A stretch of 64,000 nucleotides of DNA, from NCBI GenBank assembly GCA_031414535.1, contig JANNVQ010000030.1, positions 64,001 to 128,000 on the forward strand, written 5' to 3'. Under the pieces are notes generated by a model that saw only the letters and a list, made by a program, of their open reading frames with translations, ran no database searches and was not told the origin of the DNA. The stretch's first letter is position 1. Every line of letters starts with the position of its first letter. Both the position numbers and the translations under genes were made by a program. Shown here piece after piece: positions 38,608-48,504 of the stretch. The DNA comes from Gemmatimonas sp. (GTDB taxonomy: Bacteria; Gemmatimonadota; Gemmatimonadetes; Gemmatimonadales; Gemmatimonadaceae).

Positions 38608-39753
38608 CTAGGGCGACCGGAACCCCGAGTGGAATCCATTAAAGCGCTCCCAGTACACATCCGTCAGCACGCCGTCGGCCATCACGTGATACCCGCCGAA
38701 TTGCGCTGCGGTCGCGCAGGCATGGTTGGGAAGGATGCGCAAGCGCGCCCCAACAGGTAGCGCGTGTACGTTCCACGCCGCGCCGTCCCGACGCGAGATA
38801 ATCCCGTGCTCTTGGTTTGCACCGGACATCACGAGGTCTGGCATCACTTGCCCGTCTCGGTCGCAAACCATGCCATAACCTTGATCAACAGCCTGCGAGC
38901 TCGTGCCGCGGTCGCGCGAAACCGCCATCCAGCCCCCGTCGGTGATGAGCCAGCCCTTCTGCGCTTGATGCCCAATCACGGTCACGAGTACCGAGAGTGC
39001 GATGTCGTCCACCTCGCACACGCCGAGCCCCGCCATCACCAAGTCCATGAACACATAGACGCCCGCTCGCACCTCGGTGACGCCTTGCAGGTCCTCCGCA
39101 AAGAGTGCCGTGGGCGTAGAGCCCAGGCTCACCACCGGGCAACGATGACCCACGAGGCGGAGGCGCATCGCTGCGCTCACCACGGCATCGCGCTCCTGTG
39201 CGGCCATCGCGCGCTTGGCCTCCACCGTGACACAGTGATACGACTCACCCGCGTGCGTCATCACACCGAGCATATCGGGCCCGAGCGCCTCCGCGATGTC
39301 AAGCAACACCTCGGCGTCTGGCGGCACCCCCGCGCGATGCCCGTCGCTATCAATCTCAATCAACACCGGAATGCCATCACCCGTGGCTTTGCGATGCACG
39401 GCGACGGCTTGCGCCGCCTCAACTGAGTCGAGTATCACTGTGAGTTGTGCGCCGCGCGCTCGCAGCGCCGACACCTCGTGTAGCTTCTGCGGCGCGATCC
39501 CCACGGCGTAGAGAATATCGGTGATGCCTGCCTCGAGGCAGGCTGATGCCTCGCGCAGGGTGGACACCGTCACGCCACCCGGCTGACCACTGAGCGTGAG
39601 TCGAATGACCGGCAAGCTCTTGGCCGTCTTCACGTGCGGTCGTAGCGGCACGCCGAGCGCACGGAGATGGCTACTCAAGCGCGCCTGATTTCTCTCGACG
39701 CGGTCTAGGTCCAGCAACAGTGACGGCGTGGCAATCGTCGCGAGCGTCTTCAT
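38608..39753 (-). CDS. DSD1/D-threonine aldolase-family PLP enzyme (alanine racemase fold)
   Basis: 'TPSLLLD', 'LRPHVKTAK', 'SLGSTPT', 'EVRAGVYVFMD', 'QEHG', 'PNHACAT'. Confidence 0.9.
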   Translation of the reverse strand: MKTLATIATPSLLLDLDRVERNQARLSSHLRALGVPLRPHVKTAKSLPVIRLTLSGQPGGVTVSTLREASACLEAGITDILYAVGIAPQKLHEVSALRARGAQLTVILDSVEAAQAVAVHRKATGDGIPVLIEIDSDGHRAGVPPDAEVLLDIAEALGPDMLGVMTHAGESYHCVTVEAKRAMAAQERDAVVSAAMRLRLVGHRCPVVSLGSTPTALFAEDLQGVTEVRAGVYVFMDLVMAGLGVCEVDDIALSVLVTVIGHQAQKGWLITDGGWMAVSRDRGTSSQAVDQGYGMVCDRDGQVMPDLVMSGANQEHGIISRRDGAAWNVHALPVGARLRILPNHACATAAQFGGYHVMADGVLTDVYWERFNGFHSGFRSP

Positions 39754-39820
39754 GGGCGCAAACTATCGGGAGCCGGCGCATTCCGCTCACCGCGCGCGCC
39801 GCATAGCTTGGCCCACCATC

Positions 39821-40522
39821 ATGACCGTGCTCTCCATTGACCTCGCCTCGCGCCGGTACCGCGACAACGGCATCGCCGTGCTACGGGGCGTACCGGGCCG
39901 CGTGACGGCGCAACTGGTCAATCCTGAGAACCTCGGCCTCAGCGGGGAACCCGACGTTGCGGCCTTCGTGAACGCCATTGTCGAGCTGGCGGAGCGCGAG
40001 CGCGTGCAAGTCATCTTGCTCGACGGTCCCCAAGCTTGGCGCGCCAGCCAGTCGTCACTGGTGCATCTGCGGCACTGCGAGCGCGAAACCCGCACGCCCG
40101 GCAAGACGGGCCTGCCCGGCGTGGTGAAGCCCCGCACTTGGACGCGTATGGCCGAGTTCAGCGTCGCCCTGTTTGATGCGCTCGACGAGCGTGGATGGCC
40201 CCGATTGACAGATCAGTGGAAGGGAGAGCGCGTCGCCATCGAGTCCTTTCCCACACACGCCTGGCGCATGCTCGGGCAAATCCCACTGCCGGGAAAAGCT
40301 GCCACCACCACGCTCGCGCCGTGGCTCAGCGCGCTCACCGACACCGGCCTCACGCTTCCCAAGGGGGAAATCGGCCACGATGAACTGCAGGCCCTCGTGG
40401 CGGGCCTGGCGGGTATCGCCCTCATGAGCAGCGGACTGAGGGCCTGCGATCTTCGAGGGCAGAACCCCTTCGTCGAAGCTGGCATCTGGCGTGAAGGCTT
40501 CATCGTGAGTCCTCGGCGCTAG
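39821..40522 (+). CDS. DUF429-like protein (predicted RNase H-like fold)
   Basis: 'VLSIDLAS', 'LLDGP', 'R.CER', 'IESFPT', 'EGFIVSP'. Confidence 0.6.
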   Translation: MTVLSIDLASRRYRDNGIAVLRGVPGRVTAQLVNPENLGLSGEPDVAAFVNAIVELAERERVQVILLDGPQAWRASQSSLVHLRHCERETRTPGKTGLPGVVKPRTWTRMAEFSVALFDALDERGWPRLTDQWKGERVAIESFPTHAWRMLGQIPLPGKAATTTLAPWLSALTDTGLTLPKGEIGHDELQALVAGLAGIALMSSGLRACDLRGQNPFVEAGIWREGFIVSPRR

Positions 40523-40583
40523 TCCTCTTGTGCGATACTCTCCAGATGCAGTCCTGGGGTACAATGCATATCTCCCTCACCCA

Positions 40584-41129
40584 ATGACTATGCGAACCTC
40601 GTACCTCGCCGTCGCGCTGTTAATCGCGTCTGCGGCCGGCGCACAAAGCAGTCGCGGAGCGCCCCAAACGCGCGTCCCCACTGTCGCCGACTCAGCCCTC
40701 ATGCGGGCGCTGGATTTACCAAGCATGATGCAGCGCGCTCGCAGCGCTGGCATTCCCGATAGCACCCTGCGAGGCATCATGGACCAGATGCGCCGCCGCG
40801 GTGTCCCCGTTGGTGATGCACTTCCCGCCGTCGAGCTGGAAGTCGAGGCGGTAGAACAGGGCGCTGATAAGAACAACTTTGGCAGCTTTGTCCGCGCTCA
40901 AGTCGAGAGTGGGCTACGCGGCAGAGAGCTCGCCGCAGCCATCCGTGCCGAGCATGAGCGCCGTGGAATGGGTCCGGCCAATCGTGGACAGGGACGTGGC
41001 GGACGCGACTCGGCTGAACTTCGTGGTAGCCGTGGCCGACGCGACTCGGTCGAAGCGCGCGGTGGCCGCGGCCGTCGCCCCACCCCTGATTCCGCCGACA
41101 AGGCCCCCACCCGAGGGAAGCGCCCATGA
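40584..41129 (+). CDS. Secreted hypothetical protein with an Arg/Gly-rich tail
   Basis: Signal peptide AGA-Q; low-complexity C-terminus; stop overlaps the next start. Confidence 0.65.
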   Translation: MTMRTSYLAVALLIASAAGAQSSRGAPQTRVPTVADSALMRALDLPSMMQRARSAGIPDSTLRGIMDQMRRRGVPVGDALPAVELEVEAVEQGADKNNFGSFVRAQVESGLRGRELAAAIRAEHERRGMGPANRGQGRGGRDSAELRGSRGRRDSVEARGGRGRRPTPDSADKAPTRGKRP

Positions 41130-41386
41130 AGAAGCTCTTGATTGCTAGCGTGGTTGCGCTCGCGGCCTGCGGAGAGGCGCCCAAGCCCGAGACTCCCGAG
41201 GTCGAGCCCGTCTCCACCGAAGTGATGTTGGCCCTCAGCATCGCCAACAGTATTGAAGCCCATCCCGCCTCTGTGGACTCGGTCCTTCTGGGCAACGGCC
41301 TCACTCGCAGCGGATTCGATTCCCTGCTCTACCGTATCGCCGAAGACAGCGTGCTCTCGGCCCAGTATACCGCCCGCCGCCGCTAG
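41126..41386 (+). CDS. Small lipoprotein
   Basis: MKKLLIASVVALAAC lipobox. Confidence 0.75.
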   Translation: MKKLLIASVVALAACGEAPKPETPEVEPVSTEVMLALSIANSIEAHPASVDSVLLGNGLTRSGFDSLLYRIAEDSVLSAQYTARRR

Positions 41387-41404
41387 GTCTCCGCTCGAAA
41401 ACAT

Positions 41405-41443
41405 CCAAACGGGCGCCCGGTCTCTGACTGGGCGTCCGTTTGG
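41405..41443 (+). terminator. 18-bp hairpin (two G-U pairs); terminator or regulatory stem
   Basis: ccaaacgggcgcccggtc-tct-gactgggcgtccgtttgg. Confidence 0.55.
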
Positions 41444-41456
41444 CTAGATTCCCCCT

Positions 41457-42626
41457 ATGACCAAGATCTTTCCGGAAGACCTCGCCCAGCGCATCGGCAC
41501 CCGCGCCATCCACGCCGGCCAGCGCCCCGACCCCACCAGCGGCGCCATCATGCCGCCGATTTACCAGACCTCCACCTACGCGCAAGAAGCGCTCGGGGTC
41601 AACAAGGGCTACGAGTACGCCCGCGGAAAGAATCCCACACGCGAGGCCTTGGAGCGGAACGTCGCCGCACTCGAAAGCGCGCAGCATGGATTCGCCTTCT
41701 CCTCCGGCATGGGCTGCCTCACGAGCATCATGCTGATGTTCAAGGCCGGCGACCACATTATCGTCGGCTCCAACGTGTACGGCGGTACCTATCGCCAACT
41801 CGACAAGATCTTCACGAATTTTGGCATCGAGTTCTCGTGGATTGACATGCGCGACGTACAGCGCGTGAAGGACGCGATGAAGCCAAACACGCGCGCCGTG
41901 CTCATCGAGACGCCCACCAACCCGCTGATGCAGTTGGCTGACATCAAGGCCATCTCCGAACTCGCGAAGGCGCACAACGCCTTGAGCATCGTGGACAACA
42001 CTTTCGCCTCGCCCATCCTGCAGGCCCCACTCGCGCTTGGTGCCGACATCGTCTGGCACTCGAGCACCAAGTACCTGAACGGACACTCCGACATCATCGG
42101 GGGCGTGGCCGTCACCAACTCCGATGAACTGGGAGCCAAGCTGCAGTTCAACGCCAACGCGGCCGGCGCCGTGCCCGGGCCAATGGATGCCTGGCTCACG
42201 CTGCGCGGCACCAAGACGCTGGCCCTGCGCATGAAGCAGCACGATGCCAATGGCCGCGCGGTCGCCGAGTGGCTCGCCAATCGCCTGGGTGCTGAGCGCG
42301 TATTTTATCCGGGGCTCGCAAGTCATCCGCAGCACGAGCTCGCCAAGCGTCAGATGAGTGGCTTCGGCGGCATGTTCTCGGTGGAAACCGGCTCGAAGTC
42401 CAATGCCAACACCGTGGTGACGCGCCTCAAGCTGTTCACCCTCGCCGAATCTTTGGGCGGCGTAGAATCGTTGGTATGTCATCCGGCGGGCATGACCCAT
42501 GCCTCGGTGGAACCGGCACGACGCGCAGAGATCGGGATCACCGATGGCCTGCTCCGCTTCTCTTGCGGCGTCGAGGATACGCAGGACCTGCTCGAGGATC
42601 TCGAGCAAGCGTTCAAGGGCGTCTAA
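41457..42626 (+). CDS. Cystathionine gamma-synthase/gamma-lyase (Cys/Met PLP enzyme)
   Basis: 'PIYQTSTY', 'YARGKNPTR', 'ETPTNP', 'VDNTFASP', 'HSSTKYLNGHSD', 'AESLGGVESL'. Confidence 0.93.
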   Translation: MTKIFPEDLAQRIGTRAIHAGQRPDPTSGAIMPPIYQTSTYAQEALGVNKGYEYARGKNPTREALERNVAALESAQHGFAFSSGMGCLTSIMLMFKAGDHIIVGSNVYGGTYRQLDKIFTNFGIEFSWIDMRDVQRVKDAMKPNTRAVLIETPTNPLMQLADIKAISELAKAHNALSIVDNTFASPILQAPLALGADIVWHSSTKYLNGHSDIIGGVAVTNSDELGAKLQFNANAAGAVPGPMDAWLTLRGTKTLALRMKQHDANGRAVAEWLANRLGAERVFYPGLASHPQHELAKRQMSGFGGMFSVETGSKSNANTVVTRLKLFTLAESLGGVESLVCHPAGMTHASVEPARRAEIGITDGLLRFSCGVEDTQDLLEDLEQAFKGV

Positions 42627-42643
42627 CGTCCAAGGAGTCTCGA

Positions 42644-43621
42644 ATGGCCCGCACCGTCCTCACAGATATCGCGCCCCAGAACTGGGAGCATCTCGCCGAC
42701 CGCGCCGCGCTCGCGGCGATGCGCGCATTGCCGGGCTTCGACACGGCCGTCAATGCGTTCGCCAAGGCCTTCGGCGAGCGCGGTGTGCGCCATTTGTTTC
42801 TTGCCTCCGCTGTGCGGGTCGGACCAACGCAGCGTCCACAACTCGACGCCCTCTGGACTGAAGTCCTCCAGACCATGGATTGGCCCACGCGCCCACAGCT
42901 CTATGTGACGCAGACGCCGACCATCAACGCCGGTGCCGTCGGCTTTGGCGAGCCCTTCGTCGTCGTTAATTCGGCCGCCATCGCCACGATGTCGGCCGCC
43001 GAGCTGCGCGTGCTCCTCGCCCACGAACTCGGGCACGTGATGAGCGGACACGTCACCTACCGAACCGTGGCGCAAATCGTCCTGATGCTCGGGATGGGCA
43101 ATCTGCCCTTCCTCGCGGGCGTGGCCATTCTGCCCTTCCAGCTCGCCCTCTTGGAGTGGTATCGCAAGAGCGAACTCTCCTGCGACCGCGCCGCCTTGCT
43201 CGGCACCCAGGATCCAGACCTCGTTCTCACGACCTTCATGAAGCTCGCTGGCGGCGATGCCTACGGCGATACGCTCTCACTCGATGCCTTTAAGGAACAG
43301 TCTCGCGAGTATGAGGTGGACGACTCTGCGTGGGATACCGTGCTCAAGGCCATCAATACGGCCTTCCGCCAGCACCCGTTCTTCACCGTGCGCGCCGGCG
43401 AGTTGCAGCGTTGGACCGCCAGCGGCGACTACGCTCGCATCCTTGCGGGTGAGTATCTGAAGCGCGCCGATGTGAATCCGGGCGACGGACTGGGCGATGA
43501 CATCAAGCGTGGCGCGAACTACTACGGCGATCAGGTCAAGGACGCCGTGGACAAGCTGGGTGAGTCGGCCAAACGTGCCAAAGATGCGTTCACCGATGCC
43601 ATGAGAGGCGGCTCGCGGTGA
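42644..43621 (+). CDS. M48-family metallopeptidase
   Basis: AAGGAG RBS; 'LAHELGH', 'ELSCDRAAL', 'QHPF'. Confidence 0.88.
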   Translation: MARTVLTDIAPQNWEHLADRAALAAMRALPGFDTAVNAFAKAFGERGVRHLFLASAVRVGPTQRPQLDALWTEVLQTMDWPTRPQLYVTQTPTINAGAVGFGEPFVVVNSAAIATMSAAELRVLLAHELGHVMSGHVTYRTVAQIVLMLGMGNLPFLAGVAILPFQLALLEWYRKSELSCDRAALLGTQDPDLVLTTFMKLAGGDAYGDTLSLDAFKEQSREYEVDDSAWDTVLKAINTAFRQHPFFTVRAGELQRWTASGDYARILAGEYLKRADVNPGDGLGDDIKRGANYYGDQVKDAVDKLGESAKRAKDAFTDAMRGGSR

Positions 43622-44895
43622 AGATTTTGATCGTCGGCGGGGGCGGGCGCGAACACGCGCTCGCCTGGAAGTTCAAGCACGACCATCCCGCCGCCGAGAT
43701 CCTTGCGGCACCTGGCAATCCCGGCATCGCCGAGCTGGGACGCTGCATCAACTTGAAAGCGACAGATGTTGATGCCCTCCTCGCGCTCGCACAGCGCGAG
43801 CACGTGACGCTCACCGTGGTTGGCCCCGAAGCTCCGCTCGCACTCGGAATCGTGGACGTGTTTCGCGCGGCAGGGTTGCCCGCTTTCGGCCCCACCGCCG
43901 CAGCCGCTCGCATCGAGACGTCCAAGCGCTTCGCCAAGGAGTTGATGCTCCAGCACGCAATCCCAACGGCATCGGCGCAGACATTCACCACGATTGCTGA
44001 GGCGAAGGCTGAAGTGCGCCGGCTCGGCGCACCCGTGGTGGTAAAGGCCAGCGGCATCGCGGCGGGTAAGGGCGTGATTGTTGCGATGTCTCTCGCAGAA
44101 GCAGAAGCGGCGATTGACGACATGCTCGACGCCAAGGTCTTTGGCGACGCTGGCGCCGAGGTCCTCGTCGAAGAGTTTATGGAAGGCGAGGAACTGTCGC
44201 TCTTCGCACTTACCGATGGCACGAACCTGCGCACAATGCTCGCGGCACAGGATCACAAGCGCATCGGCGAGGGCGACACTGGACCCAACACCGGCGGTAT
44301 GGGTGCGTACTTGCCCGTGTCGCTCGCAACGCCCGCGTTGCTCGAGGATGTGCGCGCCCGCATTCTCGTGCCCATGTTGCAGGCCATGCGCGATGAAGGC
44401 TGCCCCTTCACGGGGCTGCTCTACGCTGGGCTGATGCTCACCAAGGACGGTCCGAAGGTGGTGGAGTTCAATTGCCGCTTTGGCGATCCGGAGACGCAGG
44501 CCGTTCTGCCGATGCTCGAGTCACCGCTGTTGGAGCTCGTGCAGGCAATCGCTGAGGGGCGTTCGATTGCCGCGTTTCCCGAGCTGGCTTGGAAGCCTGG
44601 CGCGGCCGTTACGACGGTCGTGGCGGCGGCTGGCTATCCCGGGATAGTGCGCACCGGCGATGTCATCCAGCTCCCCGCTTCGCAGCCCAACGTGACGGTG
44701 TTCCACGCTGGCACCGCGCGCGACGCCGACGGCCAACTCGTCACGGCCGGTGGACGCGTCTTCGCGGTGACGGCAGTCGCCGATGAGCTGCTCGCCGCGC
44801 AGCAGGCGAGTCAGGTGCAGGCCGGAGCCATCGCGTTCGAGGGCCGACAAGTTCGCCGCGACATCGGTTGGCGCGAACTCGCGCGGCGTGCCTGA
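43618..44895 (+). CDS. purD: Phosphoribosylamine--glycine ligase
   Basis: 'GGGGREHALAW', 'VVGPEAPL', 'QDHKR..EGDTGPNTGGMGAY', 'EFNCRFGDPETQ'. Confidence 0.97.
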   Translation: MKILIVGGGGREHALAWKFKHDHPAAEILAAPGNPGIAELGRCINLKATDVDALLALAQREHVTLTVVGPEAPLALGIVDVFRAAGLPAFGPTAAAARIETSKRFAKELMLQHAIPTASAQTFTTIAEAKAEVRRLGAPVVVKASGIAAGKGVIVAMSLAEAEAAIDDMLDAKVFGDAGAEVLVEEFMEGEELSLFALTDGTNLRTMLAAQDHKRIGEGDTGPNTGGMGAYLPVSLATPALLEDVRARILVPMLQAMRDEGCPFTGLLYAGLMLTKDGPKVVEFNCRFGDPETQAVLPMLESPLLELVQAIAEGRSIAAFPELAWKPGAAVTTVVAAAGYPGIVRTGDVIQLPASQPNVTVFHAGTARDADGQLVTAGGRVFAVTAVADELLAAQQASQVQAGAIAFEGRQVRRDIGWRELARRA

Positions 44896-45703
44896 GCTTC
44901 CCGAAACAGAAACCATCGCGCGCGACCTCGACGCCGCGCTGCGCGGGGCCATCATCAGAACTACCACTGTCGCACGCGCCGACGTCGTGCGCGGCGTGGC
45001 GCTCACCCGCACCGACACGCCGCACTACGCCGGGCGCGCAATCACGCGGGTGTTTCGCCGCGCCAAGGCCATCGTCATCGAGTTTGAGAACGGAAATCGC
45101 TTCGTCGTCGTCCCCCGCTTCACTGGCGCACTCCTGCTCTCAGCGCAGCCGCATCCCTACAGTTGCCTGCAGTTCCTCCTGACGGACGGCCGCACCCTGC
45201 AGTACGTAGACATTCGTCGGCTCGGCACCGTCTCGCTGCTCACGCCCGAGGCCTTCGCGGCCTGGAGCGAGGCCCTCGGACCGGAGCCGCTTGACCCAGC
45301 CCTCACCGCCGAGGCATTTTCGGGAATTCTTCGGGGGTCCCGCCGCGCCGTGAAAACTCTCTTGATGGACCAAAAGCGACTGGCTGGCGTGGGCAACATC
45401 TACGCCAACGAAGCGCTGTTCCGTGCCGGCATTCGCCCCGCGCGGCGCGCGGAGCGCGTCACGCGCGCCGAAGCAGCCACACTGCTCGCGGTGCTGCGGG
45501 CCGTGCTCAGCGAGAGCATCGCGCTGCGTGGCACCACGTTCCGTGATTTTCAGGACGCCTACGGGAATCGCGGTGGATTCGCGACGCAGCTACAGGTGTA
45601 CGGACGCGCCGGCCAGCCCTGCCTCAGCTGCGGGGCAGTACTCGAGGAGACGCATCGGCTCGAGGGCCGCAGCACCGTGTGGTGCCGCGCGTGTCAGAAG
45701 TGA
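44888..45703 (+). CDS. mutM: Formamidopyrimidine-DNA glycosylase
   Basis: N-terminal 'PELPE', 'GVGNIYANEAL', C-terminal zinc finger 'CLSC...CRACQ'. Confidence 0.93.
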   Translation: MPELPETETIARDLDAALRGAIIRTTTVARADVVRGVALTRTDTPHYAGRAITRVFRRAKAIVIEFENGNRFVVVPRFTGALLLSAQPHPYSCLQFLLTDGRTLQYVDIRRLGTVSLLTPEAFAAWSEALGPEPLDPALTAEAFSGILRGSRRAVKTLLMDQKRLAGVGNIYANEALFRAGIRPARRAERVTRAEAATLLAVLRAVLSESIALRGTTFRDFQDAYGNRGGFATQLQVYGRAGQPCLSCGAVLEETHRLEGRSTVWCRACQK

Positions 45704-46836
45704 GCCCGCGCCGCCGCCGTCGCCGCGGTCCGCTGCAACCACCGAAAGACGTGGAAATGCGGATTGACAACATGCTCGCGCTCGTAAAGGACACGGCGCG
45801 CGACGTGCCTGGCGTCTATCGCATGACCTCCGCCGAGGGGGAGGTCATTTACGTCGGCAAGTCCAAGGCCCTACGCACACGCCTCCTCAGCTACTTCCGC
45901 GCCAAGTTTCCCGCCGACAAGGGCGCGCGCATTCTCCGCGAGGCCGCAACGCTGGAGTGGGAGCCCCTACCCAGCGAATTCTCTGCACTGCTCCGCGAGC
46001 TTCGCCTCATTAAGCAACTGCGCCCCCGCTACAACGTCGCCATGAAGCGCGACGCGCGCTATCACGCCTTCGTACGCATTTCGCGCGCGCCGGCGCCGCG
46101 CCTGCACGTCGTGCGCGGCGCTGGCACCGACGAGACCGGCACCTACTTCGGTCCATTTCGCGGAGCCACGCAGCTTACCGAGGCCATTCGCGAGCTCAAC
46201 GATGCGCTCGGCCTGCGCGACTGCGCACTCGACACGCCGATGTTCTTTGCCGACCAGCCCGACCTCATTGACCTGCCCTCCCGCACCCCCGGCTGCATCC
46301 GGCACGAGATTGGCCGCTGCCTCGGTCCCTGCATCGGCGCGGTGCGCGAAGCCGAGTACGACGCGGCGTTCAAAGCCGCCCGCGGCTTTCTCGAGGGCGC
46401 CCACGACGCGCCCGTAATGTTGCTCCGCGCACGCATGGAGCAAGCGAGTGATGCGCTCAACTTTGAGCACGCCGCGTTGCTGCGCGACAAACTCCAGCGC
46501 CTTGAGGCGCTACGGGAGCAGTTTGCACGGCTCCGCTTTGCGCTAGAGTCGCTCAGCTTCACGTACATCGCGCCCGGAGTGCAGGGCGAGGACCGCGCCT
46601 ACGTGATTCGCCGCGGCTGTGTGCGCGCCGAAGGTCCAGCAGCCGATCGCGCGGCCCTCGAAGCGCGGGTGAGCGATGCCAGCGTCGGCGCGCGCCGTCT
46701 GAAGACCGTGCCGGGGCACGAAGTGGACGAGGTGCTTCTCATCGCGGGATGGTTCCGCAAGTTCCCCAAGCAGCTCGAGCACACCATCGCGCTTACGACC
46801 GAACCCTCAGACGCCCGAGCGCTCCTCGGGATGTAG
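45700..46836 (+). CDS. Short UvrC-like GIY-YIG endonuclease with UVR domain (Cho-like)
   Basis: 'PGVYRM..VIYVGKS..LR.RL.SYF', Cys cluster 'RCLGPC', UVR 'FEHAALLRD'; no C-terminal RNase H/HhH. Confidence 0.8.
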   Translation: MSPRRRRRRGPLQPPKDVEMRIDNMLALVKDTARDVPGVYRMTSAEGEVIYVGKSKALRTRLLSYFRAKFPADKGARILREAATLEWEPLPSEFSALLRELRLIKQLRPRYNVAMKRDARYHAFVRISRAPAPRLHVVRGAGTDETGTYFGPFRGATQLTEAIRELNDALGLRDCALDTPMFFADQPDLIDLPSRTPGCIRHEIGRCLGPCIGAVREAEYDAAFKAARGFLEGAHDAPVMLLRARMEQASDALNFEHAALLRDKLQRLEALREQFARLRFALESLSFTYIAPGVQGEDRAYVIRRGCVRAEGPAADRAALEARVSDASVGARRLKTVPGHEVDEVLLIAGWFRKFPKQLEHTIALTTEPSDARALLGM

Positions 46837-48075
46837 GCGGCGCAGCCGCCTGAGCGACGGCACGAACCACGCAATTGCTCCCACAACACCAAGCGTCGCG
46901 AGCCCACCGACGACCACGCTGCCCACCGGCCCCCACCAGCGTGCCGTCACCCCGGACTCGAACATGCCAATCTCGTTCGAGCTCCCGATGAAAATCTGAT
47001 TCACCGAGCTCACGCGCCCCAACAATCCCTCTGGTGTGCGCGACTGCAGCAGCGTGCTGCGAATCACCACGCTCACCATGTCGCACATCCCACTCGCGGT
47101 AAGCAGCGCCACCGACAGCCAGAAGCTCGTCGAGAGTCCGAAGCCCAGCATGCAGAGGCCGAACCCGGCCACCGCCGCCAGCAGAATCTTTCCCGTGTTG
47201 TCCCAATCGCGGCGGCGCGCCAGCAGGATGCTCGTCGTGACTGCGCCGATTGCTGGCGCCGCGCGGAGTATACCAAGTCCCGTTGGCCCCACGTGCAGGA
47301 TCTCAGCCGCGAAGATAGGCAGCAACGCCACCGCGCCGCCAAAGAATACTGAGAACAGATCCAAGGTGAGTGCGCCCAGAAGCACCGGCTCCCGCGCCAC
47401 GAATCGCACACCGCCGGCCACCGACGCCAACACGCCTTCCTTAGCCTCGCCGCGTTCCGGAGAACGGTGCGAGATGCTCACCAGCAACATCGTCGCGGCC
47501 ACCATCAGCGCCGCGTCAACGCCGTACGCGAGCCGCGAGCCGCCCACCGCATAGAGCACACCGCCCAGCGCCGGCCCAATCACGCTCGCCAACTGCCAAC
47601 TCCCGCTACGCCAGGTGATAGCGTTGGCGAAGAGTTCGCGCGGCACCAACTCGGCCGACAATGCCTGCCGCGCCGGTTGTAGGAAGGCGCGCGCCACGCC
47701 GCTTACCACAATCACGCCATAGATGGCAGTCACCCGTCCACGTGTGAGCATCTCGGCGCCCAGCGGGCGTGCCCCAGCGAGCACCCAGAGCGCGACGCTG
47801 CAGCCCACGAGCAACCACAGGGCCGCCAGCGCCACGCGCCGCCGGTCACGCCGGTCCGCCACGTGCCCGGCAAACAGCGCTAGGCTGATGGCTGGCAAGG
47901 CCTCGGCTAAACCAATCATCCCGAGGGCCAGCGGGTCCTTGGTGAGGTCGTAAATCTGCCAGCCCACGACCGTCCCTTGGATTTGAATGCCCAAGGTCAG
48001 GGTGAAGAGGGTGACGATGTACCGCGCAAAACGCGGGAGCCGCAGGGCGGCGTATGGGTCTGACTGGGTCGGCAT
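46807..48075 (-). CDS. MFS transporter
   Basis: 'AGHVADRRDRR', 'LDLFSVFFGGAVALLP', 'GRVSSVN'. Confidence 0.9.
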   Translation of the reverse strand: MPTQSDPYAALRLPRFARYIVTLFTLTLGIQIQGTVVGWQIYDLTKDPLALGMIGLAEALPAISLALFAGHVADRRDRRRVALAALWLLVGCSVALWVLAGARPLGAEMLTRGRVTAIYGVIVVSGVARAFLQPARQALSAELVPRELFANAITWRSGSWQLASVIGPALGGVLYAVGGSRLAYGVDAALMVAATMLLVSISHRSPERGEAKEGVLASVAGGVRFVAREPVLLGALTLDLFSVFFGGAVALLPIFAAEILHVGPTGLGILRAAPAIGAVTTSILLARRRDWDNTGKILLAAVAGFGLCMLGFGLSTSFWLSVALLTASGMCDMVSVVIRSTLLQSRTPEGLLGRVSSVNQIFIGSSNEIGMFESGVTARWWGPVGSVVVGGLATLGVVGAIAWFVPSLRRLRRLHPEERSGV

Positions 48076-48122
48076 TAGCGCGGCGAGAGCATCGGGGCGT
48101 GAATGATATTATCATTTCTCGC

Positions 48123-48500
48123 ATGCGAGTCCTCGTTGCGGATGATGATCGCCAGCTGTCCACCTTGCTCTGCCAAATGTTGCAGAGTGCCGGACATCAG
48201 GCCTTTCCTGCGTTTGACGGGGCATCCACGATGATGGCCGCCGTCCGCACGCCGACGCCGGACCTCATTCTGCTCGACCTGCAGATGCCAGCCGGCGACG
48301 GGCAGACCACGCTCGCCAAGCTCAAGGCTTCGTCAAAGACAACGAGTATCCCAGTCATCGTGCTCAGCGCCAGTGCGGATGCGCTCACACAGTCAAATGT
48401 GCGCGCCCTCGGCGCCGCGGCGTTCCTCGCCAAGCCTGTGGACCCCGACACCTTCATTGACGTGATCGAGGCTTTTGGCCCGCCCCCTCGGAATCGCTAA
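48123..48500 (+). CDS. Single-domain response regulator
   Basis: 'VLVADDD', 'PDLILLDLQMP', 'IPVIVLSA', 'FLAKP'. Confidence 0.9.
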   Translation: MRVLVADDDRQLSTLLCQMLQSAGHQAFPAFDGASTMMAAVRTPTPDLILLDLQMPAGDGQTTLAKLKASSKTTSIPVIVLSASADALTQSNVRALGAAAFLAKPVDPDTFIDVIEAFGPPPRNR

Positions 48501-48504
48501 CAAC

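Noticed and set aside
41390..41456. Possible SAM riboswitch upstream of the Cys/Met enzyme
   Set aside because: Only a single hairpin in about 70 nt, no S-box consensus recognised, and a leaderless-type -10 directly precedes the ATG
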